A stretch of DNA of 32,000 nucleotides from Delftia acidovorans NBRC 14950. GTDB lineage: Bacteria; Pseudomonadota; Gammaproteobacteria; Burkholderiales; Burkholderiaceae_C. The stretch is taken from contig NZ_BCZP01000010.1 in the NCBI RefSeq assembly GCF_001598795.1, positions 120,001 to 152,000 on the forward strand, given 5' to 3'. The notes under the pieces are model-generated. The model did not search any database. It was given only the letters and a program-made list of their open reading frames with translations, and was not told the origin of the DNA. Both the position numbers and the translations under genes were made by a program. This document shows, in pieces, positions 15,731 through 24,494 of this stretch (the first letter of the stretch is position 1; every line of letters starts with the position of its first letter).

Positions 15731-15870
15731 GGCGCTGCGCGCCTTCCCCCCGTGGCACGGCGCCTCTCTACTTGCTTCGCAAGGGAGGGGGACGACGCCC
15801 TCGGCTAGGCGCCCCCACCGCGAGGCGGCTCTTGCTCGGCATCTCCCGCTTGGGGACGCGCCAGTTTTTG
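15723..15870 (+). repeat. Structured intergenic repeat, single unit (same family as 3210-3464 and 28360-28486)
   Basis: The head is CCCCCTGAGGCGCTGCGCGCCTTCCCCCC. It is followed by TCTCTACTTGCTTCGCAAGGGAGGGGGACGACGCCCTCG, GCGAGGCGGCTCTTGCTCGGC and CTTGGGGACGCGCCAGTTTTT. The unit fills the gap between the convergent DUF1631-like gene and dprA. Confidence 0.85.
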
Positions 15871-15873
15871 AGA

Positions 15874-17091
15874 TCAGGCCTGGGCCAGGCGCTGGAACAG
15901 GCCGCCGGGCAGGCGCTCCACGCGGCCTTCCAGTTCCAGCTCCAGCAAGTGGGCCTGCAGGGCTGCGGCATCCATGCCTGTGCGGTCCATGAGCTCGTCC
16001 AGCGACAGCGGGTCGTGGGCCAGGGCGCGCAGGGTGGCGTCGTTCTCATGGTCCTGGGCGGGCTGAACAGCTGCCGCTGCCGCCGCTGCTGCCGGTACGG
16101 GCTTGGCAAGCGGCAGGCGCACGGCCGTTCCCTGCAGCTCATCGAGCACGTCCTGCGCCGTTTCCACGAGCTTGGCGCCCTGGCGCAGCAGCGCATGGCA
16201 GCCGCGCGACTGGGGCGCGTGGATGGAGCCGGGGATGGCAAAGACCTCGCGGCCCTGTTCGCTGGCCAGTCTTGCGGTGATCAGCGAGCCCGATTGCAGG
16301 GCCGCCTCGACCACCAGCGTGCCCTGCGACAGGCCCGCGATGATGCGGTTGCGCTGCGGAAAGTGTGCGGCCATGGGGCCGGTGCCCAGCGGATATTCGC
16401 TGACAATCAGCCCGTGGCTGGCCACTTCGCGGGCCAGGCCGATGTGGCGCCGTGGATAGACCTGGTCCAGGCCCGTGCCCACGACGGCAATGGTGACGGG
16501 CGCCGCCTGGGCGCCCGTGCGCAGCACCGCGCGCAGTGCGCCCTCATGGGCAGCGCCATCCACGCCCTGCGCCAGTCCGGAGACGATGCACAGGCCGGCC
16601 TCGGCCAGCGCCTGCGCCATGGCGCGCGCATTGGCCGCGCCCTGGACCGTCGGCCCGCGGCTGCCGACCATGGCCAGGGACTGTGGATAGGGGAACCAGG
16701 GACCAGAACCTGTCATGCAGCGCTCGCTGCCCTGCACATGCAGCAGCAGCGGCGGATCTTCGGTCTGCAGCAGCGCCTGCGGATACTGGGGATGGCCCAG
16801 CGCAAGCACGGCATGCAACTGCCCGGAAGCGGGCTGGTCCAGCCATTGCACCGTGGCCGCCACAAGCTGCTCCAGGCGCTGGGGCACGGTCTGCAGCGAA
16901 TGGGCCTGTGCCGCCGTCACCAGGCCGTGCCAGGCGGCTGGAGGGCCGCTCCAGATGTTCTGCGCGCCACCGCAGGCCGCCAGCAGGCGCCGCGCCGTGG
17001 TGCGGCCCACGCCGGGCGTCAGCAGCAGCCGAAGCCAGGCGGACAGCTCCTCGGGAGCGAGCCGGTCGGTGGACTGCAAGGCGGCCGCCAT
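15874..17091 (-). CDS. dprA: DNA-processing protein DprA (Smf)
   Basis: The 405-aa product has the N-terminus LLLTPGVGRTTARRLLAACGG and a Rossmann-like core with MVGSRGPTVQG, IVSGLAQGVDGAAHEGAL, VVGTGLDQVYPRRH, FPQRNRIIAGLS and EAALQSGSLITAR. Its position next to the divergent def-fmt matches classical synteny. Confidence 0.9.
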   Translation of the reverse strand: MAAALQSTDRLAPEELSAWLRLLLTPGVGRTTARRLLAACGGAQNIWSGPPAAWHGLVTAAQAHSLQTVPQRLEQLVAATVQWLDQPASGQLHAVLALGHPQYPQALLQTEDPPLLLHVQGSERCMTGSGPWFPYPQSLAMVGSRGPTVQGAANARAMAQALAEAGLCIVSGLAQGVDGAAHEGALRAVLRTGAQAAPVTIAVVGTGLDQVYPRRHIGLAREVASHGLIVSEYPLGTGPMAAHFPQRNRIIAGLSQGTLVVEAALQSGSLITARLASEQGREVFAIPGSIHAPQSRGCHALLRQGAKLVETAQDVLDELQGTAVRLPLAKPVPAAAAAAAAVQPAQDHENDATLRALAHDPLSLDELMDRTGMDAAALQAHLLELELEGRVERLPGGLFQRLAQA

Positions 17092-17116
17092 GGCGTTGCC
17101 GGCAGGCCGCTGGGGC

Positions 17117-18322
17117 TCAGGGAGCCGGCGAGGTCAGGCTGTCGCCCACCTCGACGCCGCGCCGTGCCTCCAGGATCAGCGCGTAGGAGACGCGATCGAA
17201 GGTGCGGAACACCATGGCGTGGCCATTGCGTTCGTCGGGCAGCTGCACTTCTTCCTTCTTGTCGCCCGTCTTGTCCACGATGCGCACGCCACGGCGGATC
17301 AGCTCCAGCACCGTGCCCACGTCCATGCCGTCCTGCGTGCCCTTGTTGATGGCAATGACCTGGTTGTTGGCCGCCCAGCGCACGGCCTGGTCGCCGTACA
17401 GGGACACCACGTGGGCCTTCACGGCAGCCTGCGGCGCATGCGGCGCATAGTTCATGTAGGTTCGTTCCGGTGCGGGCAGCAGGCGGTCGCCAGCACGCAT
17501 CTCGGTCTTGGCGCGCGACAGGTCCACCGTGGCGGGGGAGGCCTGCTCGTGCTTTTCGCCCTTGCTGTCCACGATCTCCAGCGAGGTCTCTCCCTCGATG
17601 AGATCGGCCAGGCCCAGGTACTTGGCCTCGTAGCCCAGCACCTCGCCGGAGATGGGGTCCTTGAGCGCCACCGCATCGCGGAAGACACGGTACTGGCGCG
17701 GCAGGCCGTCGCCCTTGCGCAGCGGCGCCTCGGCCGTACCACGCGCATAGGCGCGGTCACCGCTGGCCATGAGCACGCGCTCGTCCGTGGTGGCGATGAG
17801 GCGGGGTGCGCGCAGCAGCGTTTCGGCATCCACCACCAGCGGCTCGGCCAGGAAGGGCTCGATCAGATGGGGCTGCAGCGTGGGCAGGGCCGCCTGCGCC
17901 AGCGACTCGCTGCGCGTGCTCGGAGACACGCGCACCACACCGGGCTCGCCACCGTCGCCCATGGGACGCGCCGTGCTCAGGCGGGCATAGCCATCACGCT
18001 TGTCCAGGTACAGCACCTGGCCCGGATAGATGAGGTGTGGATTGGCGATGGCCTGCATGTTCATGCCCCACAGCTCGGGCCAGCGCCAGGGACGGCGCAG
18101 GTACATGCCGGAGATGCCCCACAGCGTGTCGCCGCGCTTGACGGTGTAGCTGTCGGGCGCATCGGGCGCCAGCTCGCCCACGGGAACGCCCTGCTGGGCC
18201 ACCTGCTGGGCGGCCGAGCGCTGCGATGCCGTCACCGGAAGCTGCTGCGCGTGGGCCGCTGCGAACGCAGCGATCAGGGCCGTTGCGACAGTCCAGGTAC
18301 GAGCTGTGGCGAATGCAGTCAT
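17117..18322 (-). CDS. LysM peptidoglycan-binding domain protein (secreted)
   Basis: An AGAGGA SD precedes the ATG. The signal peptide is MTAFATARTWTVATALIAAFAAAHA. The LysM motif is YTVKRGDTLWGISGMYLRRPWRWPELWGMNMQAIANPHLIYPGQVL. The gene lies 25 nt upstream of dprA on the same strand. Confidence 0.88.
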   Translation of the reverse strand: MTAFATARTWTVATALIAAFAAAHAQQLPVTASQRSAAQQVAQQGVPVGELAPDAPDSYTVKRGDTLWGISGMYLRRPWRWPELWGMNMQAIANPHLIYPGQVLYLDKRDGYARLSTARPMGDGGEPGVVRVSPSTRSESLAQAALPTLQPHLIEPFLAEPLVVDAETLLRAPRLIATTDERVLMASGDRAYARGTAEAPLRKGDGLPRQYRVFRDAVALKDPISGEVLGYEAKYLGLADLIEGETSLEIVDSKGEKHEQASPATVDLSRAKTEMRAGDRLLPAPERTYMNYAPHAPQAAVKAHVVSLYGDQAVRWAANNQVIAINKGTQDGMDVGTVLELIRRGVRIVDKTGDKKEEVQLPDERNGHAMVFRTFDRVSYALILEARRGVEVGDSLTSPAP

Positions 18323-18382
18323 GGAATTCCTCTTCTTGTGGCTGACGCAGCGTCCCTCCTAGGCACTGCGGCACGGCCGATC

Positions 18383-18412
18383 TTGTCATGAACGGCCATA
18401 CAGGTCTTACAA
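18383..18412 (+). promoter_or_regulatory. Candidate sigma70-type promoter for def
   Basis: TTGTCA (18383-18388), an 18-nt spacer, then TTACAA (18407-18412), in the divergent LysM/def intergenic region. This is a pattern match only. Confidence 0.25.
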
Positions 18413-18521
18413 ATCAGCAAAGATTCTGCGTGCAAGGCCATGAGAGGGCAACGCTTATTGCGTCGTCCCGCTGCGCCCAGGCAGAAAAGTGGCGAAAATA
18501 ACGACATTCACCGACCACGCC

Positions 18522-19034
18522 ATGTCCATTCTGCCCATTCTTTGCTATCCCGACCCCCGCCTGCACACCGTCGCCAAGCCGGTTGCCAAGGTCGATGACC
18601 GCATTCGCCAGCTGGTCCAGGATATGTACGCCACCATGTATGACGCCCAGGGCGTGGGCCTGGCAGCCACCCAGGTGAACGTGCACGAGCGCGTGGTCGT
18701 GGTCGATGTCTCCGAAGGCCGTGACGAGCCCTTTGCGCTGATCAACCCGGAGCTGCTCTGGGCCAGCGAGGAAACGCAGCTGGGCGAAGAAGGCTGCCTG
18801 TCGGTGCCCGGCATCTACGACGGCGTCGAGCGCTCCACCGCCATCAAGGTCAAGGCGCTGGACGAGAACGGCAACGAACGCATCATCGAGGCCGAAGGCT
18901 TCAAGGCCATCTGCATCCAGCACGAGATGGACCACCTGATGGGCAAGGTCTTCGTCGAATACCTGTCGCCGCTCAAGCGCAACCGCATCAAGACCAAGCT
19001 GCTCAAGCAGCAGAAACAGGCAGAACGCGCATGA
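18522..19034 (+). CDS. def: Peptide deformylase
   Basis: The internal ATG at 18522 gives [21 protein letters not shown]. All three signature motifs are present: [16 protein letters not shown] and HEMDHL. Confidence 0.93.
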   Translation: MSILPILCYPDPRLHTVAKPVAKVDDRIRQLVQDMYATMYDAQGVGLAATQVNVHERVVVVDVSEGRDEPFALINPELLWASEETQLGEEGCLSVPGIYDGVERSTAIKVKALDENGNERIIEAEGFKAICIQHEMDHLMGKVFVEYLSPLKRNRIKTKLLKQQKQAERA

Positions 19035-19564
19035 CCCACCTGCCAGCGCTTCGCTTCATGCCGCGCTGGAAGATGGACGGCGCGGGCCTCGTTGCCTGGG
19101 CGCTGCTGGCCCTGTCCCTGCTGCTTGCCGGCTGCGCCGTGCCCGAGTGGCAAAAGCCCGGCACGCCACGCTCCGAGATCGAGCGCTCCATGGGCCGCCC
19201 GACCCTGAGCCTGCCGCTGGACGGTGGCGGCACGCGCCTGGTCTACAGCCGGCAGCCTGCGGGCCAGCAGGTCTACCACATGGATTTCGACGCCAGCCAG
19301 CGCCTGGTGCGCGTGGAGCAGGCGCTCACCATCGAACGCTTCCACGCCCTGCGCAATGGCGAGGACACCCGCGAAAGCGTGCGTCAGCTCTTCGGCCCGC
19401 CTGCGCTGATCGAGAGGGTCTACAGTTTCAACGGCGACATCTGGACCTACCGTATTCTGGAAAATGGCATTCGCCGCCAGGCCCATGTGCATATCGACCC
19501 CGCCGGCGTGGTGCGCCGCGTGATGTTCACCGACGAAGTGTTCAACGACGACGACCGTCGCTGA
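19031..19564 (+). CDS. Lipoprotein of unknown function with two BamE/SmpA_OmlA-like segments
   Basis: The start overlaps the def stop (ATGA). The lipobox is LLLAGC. There are two segments resembling the BamE pattern: [15 protein letters not shown]...LVYSR and [16 protein letters not shown]...IWTYRI. Alternative in-frame ATGs lie at residues 10 and 15. Confidence 0.7.
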   Translation: MTHLPALRFMPRWKMDGAGLVAWALLALSLLLAGCAVPEWQKPGTPRSEIERSMGRPTLSLPLDGGGTRLVYSRQPAGQQVYHMDFDASQRLVRVEQALTIERFHALRNGEDTRESVRQLFGPPALIERVYSFNGDIWTYRILENGIRRQAHVHIDPAGVVRRVMFTDEVFNDDDRR

Positions 19565-19599
19565 GCCGGCACACCGTCCCACTGTCCCTACTGGATTGC

Positions 19600-20583
19600 A
19601 TGAGAGTCATTTTTGCCGGCACGCCCGAGTTCGCGCGCGTTGCCCTTGAACGCCTGCTCGCCGCGGGCTTTACCGTCCCCCTGGTGCTGACCCAGCCCGA
19701 CCGTCCCGCCGGGCGCGGCATGAAGCTGCAGGCCTCGCCCGTCAAGCAGTGCGCGCTGGAGCATGGCATTGCCGTGGCCCAGCCGCGCAGCCTGCGCCTG
19801 GACGGCAAATACCCCGAAGAGGCCGCCGCCGCCCGCGCCGCCATCGAAGCGGCCCAGGCCGATGTCATGGTCGTGGCCGCCTACGGACTGATCCTGCCGC
19901 AGTGGGTGCTCGATACGCCCCCGCGCGGCTGCCTGAACATCCACGCCAGCCTGCTGCCGCGCTGGCGCGGCGCCGCCCCCATCCACCGCGCCATCGAGGC
20001 CGGCGATGCCGAGACCGGCGTCACCATCATGCAGATGGACGCGGGCCTGGACACGGGCGACATGTGCCTCATCGAGCGCCTGCCCATCACCGCCGACGAC
20101 ACCACGGCCAGCCTGCACGACAAGCTGGCCGACCTGGGCGGGCGCCTCATCGTCGAGGCGCTGGAGATGAGCGCCTGCGGCGGCCTGCCGCGCACGCCCC
20201 AGCCCGCCGAGGGCGTGAACTACGCGCACAAGATCGAAAAGGCCGAAAGCCAGATCGACTGGCGCCAGGATGCCGAGGCCATTGCCCGGCGCCTGCGCGC
20301 CTTCAACCCCTTCCCGGGCGGCGCCACGCAGTACGGCGATGAAGCCATCAAGGTCTGGGAGGCTCACGCCGACCCCGCCATCGCCGTGGCGACGGCAGCC
20401 CCGGGCACCGTGCTGTCCGCAGGCGCCGACGGCGTGCGCGTGGCCTGCGGCAATGGCGTGCTGTGCATGACGCTGCTGCAGCGCGCGGGCGGCAAGCGGC
20501 TGGCGGCGGGCGATTTCCTGCGCGGCTTCGATCTGCCTGAAGGAGCCGTTCTGGACGGCGCTGCCAGCGGCGGCACGCCATGA
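19600..20583 (+). CDS. fmt: Methionyl-tRNA formyltransferase
   Basis: The internal ATG at 19600 of ORF 19147..20583 gives [43 protein letters not shown]. Further motifs are [24 protein letters not shown] and [16 protein letters not shown]. Confidence 0.93.
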   Translation: MRVIFAGTPEFARVALERLLAAGFTVPLVLTQPDRPAGRGMKLQASPVKQCALEHGIAVAQPRSLRLDGKYPEEAAAARAAIEAAQADVMVVAAYGLILPQWVLDTPPRGCLNIHASLLPRWRGAAPIHRAIEAGDAETGVTIMQMDAGLDTGDMCLIERLPITADDTTASLHDKLADLGGRLIVEALEMSACGGLPRTPQPAEGVNYAHKIEKAESQIDWRQDAEAIARRLRAFNPFPGGATQYGDEAIKVWEAHADPAIAVATAAPGTVLSAGADGVRVACGNGVLCMTLLQRAGGKRLAAGDFLRGFDLPEGAVLDGAASGGTP

Positions 20584-21443
20584 ACCTGCAGCCCCTGGTG
20601 GAGCGCGCACGCGGCATTGCGCGCGATCCCGCCTTCATGACCGGCGTGCGCGACATGTCGGGCACGGCGCTGGGCATAGGCGCCTGGGGCTTGGTCACGG
20701 GCGTGGCCATGATCAAGAGCGGCATGTCCCTGCCCCTGGCGCTGTTCATGGGCCTGCTGGTCTATGCCGGCAGTGCCCAGCTGGCCGTGCTGCCGCTGAT
20801 GGCCGTGGGCGCGCCCATGTGGGTGGTCTGGTTCACGGCCATCTGCGTGAACCTGCGCTTCGTCATCCTCAGCAGCATGTGGCGCAGCTACTTTGCCCAC
20901 CTGCGCCTGCGCCACCGCCTGGCCATCGCCTATTTCAGCGGCGACGTGATCTTCGTGGGCTTCATGAAGCGCTACCCCGATGCCCGGCCCCAGCCCGAGC
21001 AGCTGCCCTATTTCTGGGGTGCCGCATCGACCAACTGGCTGGCCTGGCAGATCCCGTCCACGCTGGGCATCCTGCTGGCCGACCAGGTGCCCCTGTCCTG
21101 GGGCCTGGGCTTTGCGGGCGTGCTGGCCCTGATGGGCGTGCTGCTGTCCATGCTCAACGACCGTGCCACGTGGGTGGCAGGCGTGGTTGCGGCCAGCGCG
21201 GCCGTGGCGGCCTTTGCGCTGCCGCTCAAGCTCAATATCCTCGTGGCCATCGCTGCAGCCGTGGCCGCAGGCCTGCTGGCGGAAACGCTGCAGCAGCGCC
21301 TGCGCGCCCTGCAGGCGCCTGAAAAAGGGGAGTCGAGCCCGGTGATTCTCCCGCCCGACACAGCCCATGGCGAGCGCCATGCCCGGCTGCCGCTGGACGA
21401 AGACGCCCGGCCCGTGGAAACCAAGGAAAAGGAAACGCTCTGA
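20580..21443 (+). CDS. azlC: AzlC-family branched-chain amino acid exporter subunit with a hydrophilic C-terminal tail
   Basis: The start overlaps the fmt stop (ATGA). The polytopic protein contains [43 protein letters not shown]. An AzlD-like gene follows with a 1-nt overlap. Confidence 0.85.
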   Translation: MNLQPLVERARGIARDPAFMTGVRDMSGTALGIGAWGLVTGVAMIKSGMSLPLALFMGLLVYAGSAQLAVLPLMAVGAPMWVVWFTAICVNLRFVILSSMWRSYFAHLRLRHRLAIAYFSGDVIFVGFMKRYPDARPQPEQLPYFWGAASTNWLAWQIPSTLGILLADQVPLSWGLGFAGVLALMGVLLSMLNDRATWVAGVVAASAAVAAFALPLKLNILVAIAAAVAAGLLAETLQQRLRALQAPEKGESSPVILPPDTAHGERHARLPLDEDARPVETKEKETL

Positions 21444-21778
21444 TGGATCTGTCCTGGCTGTGGCCCTGGCTGGCCTGCGTGGGCCTGGCGGCCATCACGC
21501 TGTTCACACGCGCCTTCTTCCTGATTCCCGAGCGCGAGGTGCCCCTGCCGCAATGGCTCAAGCGCGGCCTCAAGTACGCGCCGCTGGCGGCCCTGGCGGC
21601 CGTGATTGCGCCCGAGATCGTGATGACCAACGGCCGGCTGATCTCCACCGTGGTCGATGCGCGCCTGCCGGCCCTGGCTTGCGCGGTCATGTATTTTTTT
21701 TACAAGCGCAGCATCATGGGCACGATCGCGCTTGGCATGGCGGTCTATCTGCCACTGCATATCGGCCTGGGCTGGTAG
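21443..21778 (+). CDS. azlD: AzlD-family small membrane protein
   Basis: The 111-aa hydrophobic protein begins [58 protein letters not shown]. It is coupled to azlC through the TGATG overlap. Confidence 0.85.
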   Translation: MDLSWLWPWLACVGLAAITLFTRAFFLIPEREVPLPQWLKRGLKYAPLAALAAVIAPEIVMTNGRLISTVVDARLPALACAVMYFFYKRSIMGTIALGMAVYLPLHIGLGW

Positions 21779-21970
21779 GCGCAGCGCGGGCGAGAGCGGC
21801 CGAGAGCGCCCGGCTCCCCGGCTGAAACCGGATTACAGGCGCTCCCGATGCCCCGGATCGCCGGTGCGCCCGCCCGCTGCCAGGGCGGGCACGCCGCCTA
21901 CAATGGCCGCGCTTTACCTCTTTTTCGTTTCAATTCCATGGCGATCGCCACCGATCGCAACGCCGCCGTC

Positions 21971-23164
21971 ATGAACATTCTCCGTTTCTCCGATCTGTGC
22001 GCCCAGGGCAAGGCCCAGGGCCAGCGCGTCTTCATCCGCGCCGACCTCAACGTGCCCCTGAACGATGCCGGCGAGATCACCGAGGACACGCGCGTGCGCG
22101 CCTCCGTGCCCGCCATCGAGATGGCGCTGAAGGCCGGCGCCGCCGTGATGGTGACCAGCCACCTGGGCCGCCCCACCGAAGGCGAGTTCAAGCCGGCCGA
22201 TTCGCTGGCGCCCGTGGCCCGCCGCCTGGGCGAGCTGCTGGGCCGCGAAGTGCCCCTGGTCGCCGACTGGGTGGACGGCGTGCAGGTGGCGCCCGGCCAG
22301 GTCGTGCTGCTGGAGAACTGCCGCGTGAACGTGGGCGAGAAGAAGAACAAGGAAGAACTGGCCCGCAAGCTGGCCGCGCTGTGCGACATCTTCGTGCACG
22401 ACGCCTTCGGCACTGCCCACCGTGCCGAAGGCACGACCTACGGCATCGCCCAGTTCGCGCCCATTGCCTGCGCGGGACCGCTGCTGTCGGCCGAGATCGA
22501 CGCCATCACCAAGGCCCTGGCCAACCCGCGCCGCCCGCTGGCCGCCATCGTGGCTGGCTCCAAGGTGTCGACCAAGCTGACCATCCTGCAGTCGCTGGCC
22601 AAGAACGTGGACCAGCTCATCGTGGGCGGCGGCATTGCCAACACCTTCATGCTGGCGGCGGGCCTGAACATCGGCAAGAGCCTGGCCGAGGCCGACCTGG
22701 TCGGCGAGGCCCGCGCCGTGATCGACGCCATGGCAGCACGCGGCGCCGATGTGCCGATTCCCACCGACGTGGTGGTCTCCAAGACCTTTGCGGCCGACGC
22801 GCCCGCCACCGTCAAGAAGGCCACCGAAGTGGCTGACGACGACATGATCCTGGACATCGGCCCCGAGACCGCCGCCCGCCTGGCCGAGCAATTGCGCAAG
22901 GCCGGCACCATCGTCTGGAACGGCCCCATGGGCGTGTTCGAGTTCGACCAGTTCGCCAACGGCACCAAGGTCGTGGCCCAGGCGATTGCCGAGTCCGACG
23001 CCTTCAGCATCGCCGGTGGCGGCGACACCCTGGCCGCCATCGCCAAGTACGGCATCGAGGACAAGGTCGGCTACATCTCCACGGGCGGCGGCGCCTTCCT
23101 GGAGGTGCTGGAAGGCAAGACCCTGCCCGCCTTCGAGATCCTGCAAAAGCGCGCCAACGGCTGA
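21971..23164 (+). CDS. pgk: Phosphoglycerate kinase
   Basis: The internal ATG at 21971 gives [32 protein letters not shown]. Further motifs are [39 protein letters not shown] and STGGGAFLE. The in-frame ATG at 21938 is an alternative start. Confidence 0.95.
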   Translation: MNILRFSDLCAQGKAQGQRVFIRADLNVPLNDAGEITEDTRVRASVPAIEMALKAGAAVMVTSHLGRPTEGEFKPADSLAPVARRLGELLGREVPLVADWVDGVQVAPGQVVLLENCRVNVGEKKNKEELARKLAALCDIFVHDAFGTAHRAEGTTYGIAQFAPIACAGPLLSAEIDAITKALANPRRPLAAIVAGSKVSTKLTILQSLAKNVDQLIVGGGIANTFMLAAGLNIGKSLAEADLVGEARAVIDAMAARGADVPIPTDVVVSKTFAADAPATVKKATEVADDDMILDIGPETAARLAEQLRKAGTIVWNGPMGVFEFDQFANGTKVVAQAIAESDAFSIAGGGDTLAAIAKYGIEDKVGYISTGGGAFLEVLEGKTLPAFEILQKRANG

Positions 23165-23284
23165 GCACGGCAACATCCGGATACGGGGCACTTTCTTGTC
23201 AGTGCCTCGCGGCGAAGCCACAATCGACACTTTGCGCAGCTGCAGCAATCCGCCGCAGCGCGCCCCCGCACCGAGGAGAAATCC

Positions 23285-23824
23285 ATGCGATCGTTCAAAT
23301 CCGCTGGCGGCCTGGCCCTGGCGGGCCTCTGCCTGGCTCTGGCGGGCTGCGTCAATGCACCGATGACCAGCTACTTCGAAGCCACGGCCCAGCCCAAGAT
23401 CGGCGCTGCCGGCCACTGGGACTCCGTGGCCAACGATGTCGTCGCCAAGACGCTGGAAACCCTGCAAAAGACCGGCATCGAGCGCACCACGCCGGTCCAC
23501 GTGGCCCTGCCGGCCGAGCCCAGCCAGTTCGACAAGGGCTTTCGTGAGCTGATCATCACCAAGCTCGTGCAAAGCGGCGTGACCGTCATGCAGCAGCCGG
23601 CCCAGGCCCAGCTGCAGGTGAGCTACGGCGCCCAGGTCGTGCGCCACGGCAAGCGCCTGCCCAACCCCGAACTCGTGCTGACGACGACGGTGGTGCGCAA
23701 CAACCAGTACCTGGCGCGCAAGACCGACGTCTATTACCTCGAAAAGAGCGACGCCGTGCTGTTCACGGCCGAGGACGAGCGCCCCGAATTCCCCGCCAAG
23801 AACCTGAAGGTGGTGGGCCAATGA
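23285..23824 (+). CDS. Lipoprotein of unknown function
   Basis: A GAGGAGAAATCC SD precedes the ATG. The signal and lipobox are MRSFKSAGGLALAGLCLALAGC. The 179-aa product has coding-like GC3. Its stop overlaps the start of the next gene (ATGA). Confidence 0.7.
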   Translation: MRSFKSAGGLALAGLCLALAGCVNAPMTSYFEATAQPKIGAAGHWDSVANDVVAKTLETLQKTGIERTTPVHVALPAEPSQFDKGFRELIITKLVQSGVTVMQQPAQAQLQVSYGAQVVRHGKRLPNPELVLTTTVVRNNQYLARKTDVYYLEKSDAVLFTAEDERPEFPAKNLKVVGQ

Positions 23825-24420
23825 CGCTGCGCACGCCCCTCCTGCCTGCCGCGCTGGCTGCGGCGGCCCTGCTGTCCGCCTGCGCCGTGCCCGCTCCCGC
23901 GACCACGCCCGAATCGTCGGCCGCGCGCCGCGGCGAGCCCACCTACCAGTCGGCCGCAGCCAACCCCTTCATCGCCAGCAGCCGCGCTGCCGTGGACGAG
24001 CTGGTCAAGGGCCTGAACACCGAGGAACTGGGCGAGGCGCCCGTGCTCGTGGCCACCGTGGTCAACGTCAACGACCTGACGCGCTCGGCCCCGCTGGGCC
24101 GCACGCTCAGCGAGCTGTACGCCTCCCAGCTGTCCGCCAAGGGCTACAACGTCAAGGAGCTGAAGCTGCGCGGCGATGTGTACGTCAAGGAAGGCACGGG
24201 CGAGCTGCTGCTGTCGCGCGAGATCAAGGACATCGCACGCAACCACAATGCGGCCCTGGTCCTGGTGGGCACGTACTCGGCGGCTGCCAAGTACACCTAT
24301 GTGAGCCTGAAGCTGGTTCGCACCGACGACAGCCGCATCGTGCGCAGCCACGACTACGCGCTGCCCAACAACATCGACATCCAGCGCCTGCTGGGCGCCC
24401 CGGCCACGGCGCAACGCTGA
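23821..24420 (+). CDS. FlgO/LpoB-like (TolB N-terminal-like fold) lipoprotein, function unknown
   Basis: The signal and lipobox are MTLRTPLLPAALAAAALLSAC. The core APVLVATVVNVNDLTRSAPLGRTLSELYASQLSAKGYNVKE...ALVLVGTYS...YVSLKLV resembles the FlgO-family pattern. That family assignment is from memory and tentative. Confidence 0.7.
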   Translation: MTLRTPLLPAALAAAALLSACAVPAPATTPESSAARRGEPTYQSAAANPFIASSRAAVDELVKGLNTEELGEAPVLVATVVNVNDLTRSAPLGRTLSELYASQLSAKGYNVKELKLRGDVYVKEGTGELLLSREIKDIARNHNAALVLVGTYSAAAKYTYVSLKLVRTDDSRIVRSHDYALPNNIDIQRLLGAPATAQR

Positions 24421-24426
24421 GGCCCT

Positions 24427-24474
24427 GCAGCCTGACTGCGCCCGTGTGCGCAGTCAGGCTGCGTCTTCTTCTCC
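24427..24474. terminator. Strong intrinsic terminator between the convergent lipoprotein operon and the EamA gene
   Basis: GCAGCCTGACTGCGC (24427-24441), loop CCGTGT, then GCGCAGTCAGGCTGC (24448-24462) form a perfect 15-bp stem. GTCTTCTTCTCC follows on the plus strand. Confidence 0.8.
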
Positions 24475-24494
24475 CGACGTTCTCCTGCTTGCCC

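Noticed and set aside
15751-15775. TGGCAC motif suggestive of a sigma-54 -24 element
   Set aside because: There is no TTGC -12 element at the required spacing, and the motif is an insert inside the repeat unit.
15772-18391. Plus-strand ORFs 15772..17349 (525 aa) and 16715..18391 (558 aa)
   Set aside because: They are antisense to well-supported dprA and LysM genes, and their translations are Arg/Gly/Ala-rich with no motifs.
21940-21949. GGCGATCGCC (HIP1-like) palindrome upstream of pgk
   Set aside because: I noticed only one occurrence in the window, so there is no evidence of a repeat family. It is probably a chance palindrome in the pgk leader.
21914-23821. 635-aa minus ORF spanning pgk and the first lipoprotein gene
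   Set aside because: It is antisense to an unambiguous pgk and crosses an intergenic region. It is a shadow ORF.
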